Assembly: GCF_035084215.1 (NCBI RefSeq) | Contig: NW_027138407.1 | Location: 1,364,001 to 1,428,000, forward strand | Source of the DNA: Heptranchias perlo | Lineage: Eukaryota | Length of the DNA stretch: 64,000 nucleotides | Direction: 5' to 3' | Shown here: in pieces, positions 63,370-64,000 of the stretch | How positions within the stretch are numbered: position 1 is the stretch's first letter | How the letters are laid out: each line of letters begins with the position of its first letter | Notes under the pieces: generated by a model | What the model saw: only the letters and a program-made list of their open reading frames with translations | What the model was told of the DNA's origin: nothing | Database searches by the model: none | Translations under genes and position numbers: made by a program

Positions 63370-63920
63370 TTGTGTAATCCCCATGAGTAATCCTCCTGTG
63401 CACCCCCCTCCTCCATGTAATCCCCACTGTGTAATCACCCCGGGTAATCCCCTCTGTGTAATCACCCCGGGTAATCCCCTCTGTGTAATCACCCCGGGTA
63501 ATCCCCTCTGTGTAATCACCCCGTTTAATCCCTCTGTGTAATCACCCCGGGTAATCCCCTCTGTGTAATCACCCCGTTTAATACACCCCAAGTAATCCCC
63601 CACGTCTAATCGCCATATGTAATCCCCACCTGTGTAATCCCCCTGTGTAATCCCCCCTGTGTAATCTCTCCTTTGTAACCACCCTTTTTTAATCTCTCCT
63701 GTGTAATCCCCCATCTTTAATCCCCCCCGTGTAAGACCACTGTTTAATTCCCCTCTCTAATCCCCCGTGTAATCCCGCTGTGTGATCCCCCCTTGTGTAA
63801 TCTCTGCTGTGTTATACCCCCTGTGTAATCCCCCTCTATGTAATCCCCTACACTGTAATCCCCCACATGTAATTCCTGCATCGTGCATTCCCCCATGTAA
63901 TCCCCCCGTATAATCCCCCC
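63370..63920 (-). repeat. C-rich simple repeat (GTGTAATCCCC), inverted paralogue of 31430-31670
   Basis: Part of an inverted duplication of ~31270-33900 into ~59440-64000 that also carries V family W. Confidence 0.85.
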
Positions 63921-64000
63921 CCCCGCAGCGAAACAAACCCCTCCCCCAGTGAAACGCCCCCGCTGAAACACCCCTCCACCTCCCCCAGTGAAACTCAGCA

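Overview
Eukaryotic DNA: part of a cartilaginous-fish (shark-type) T-cell receptor alpha/delta locus; there are no prokaryotic features. The window holds about 13 conventional TCR V-alpha/delta segments or remnants in both orientations. About 7 look intact (leader exon, V exon, 23-RSS); the rest are pseudogenes or fragments. They lie in duplicated cassettes among CR1/L2 LINE and Deu-type SINE debris. Embedded among them on the minus strand is a compact ~12 kb unit: leader + IgNAR-like V (NAR-TCR V, 22-RSS), then D (12/12), a long two-Cys J (23-RSS), a leaderless supporting V-delta, a decayed J cluster with one intact J, and a 4-exon TCR-delta constant gene. No intact D-delta lies between the supporting V and the J, and no J-alpha array is seen in the 16 kb downstream of C. 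The unit therefore reads V-D-J-V-J-C, a self-contained NAR-TCR cluster whose layout matches platypus TCR-mu; this is the main candidate for an undescribed system. Caveat: C exon 1 exits in a splice phase that does not match exon 2 (a 1-nt indel, a sequencing error, or a shifted acceptor). Other notable items: a V family lacking both Cys23 and Trp41 in two intact paralogues, one promoter/leader module shared by two unrelated V families, and CTCF-like motifs upstream of the V promoters. All calls come from manual reading; repeat boundaries are approximate.
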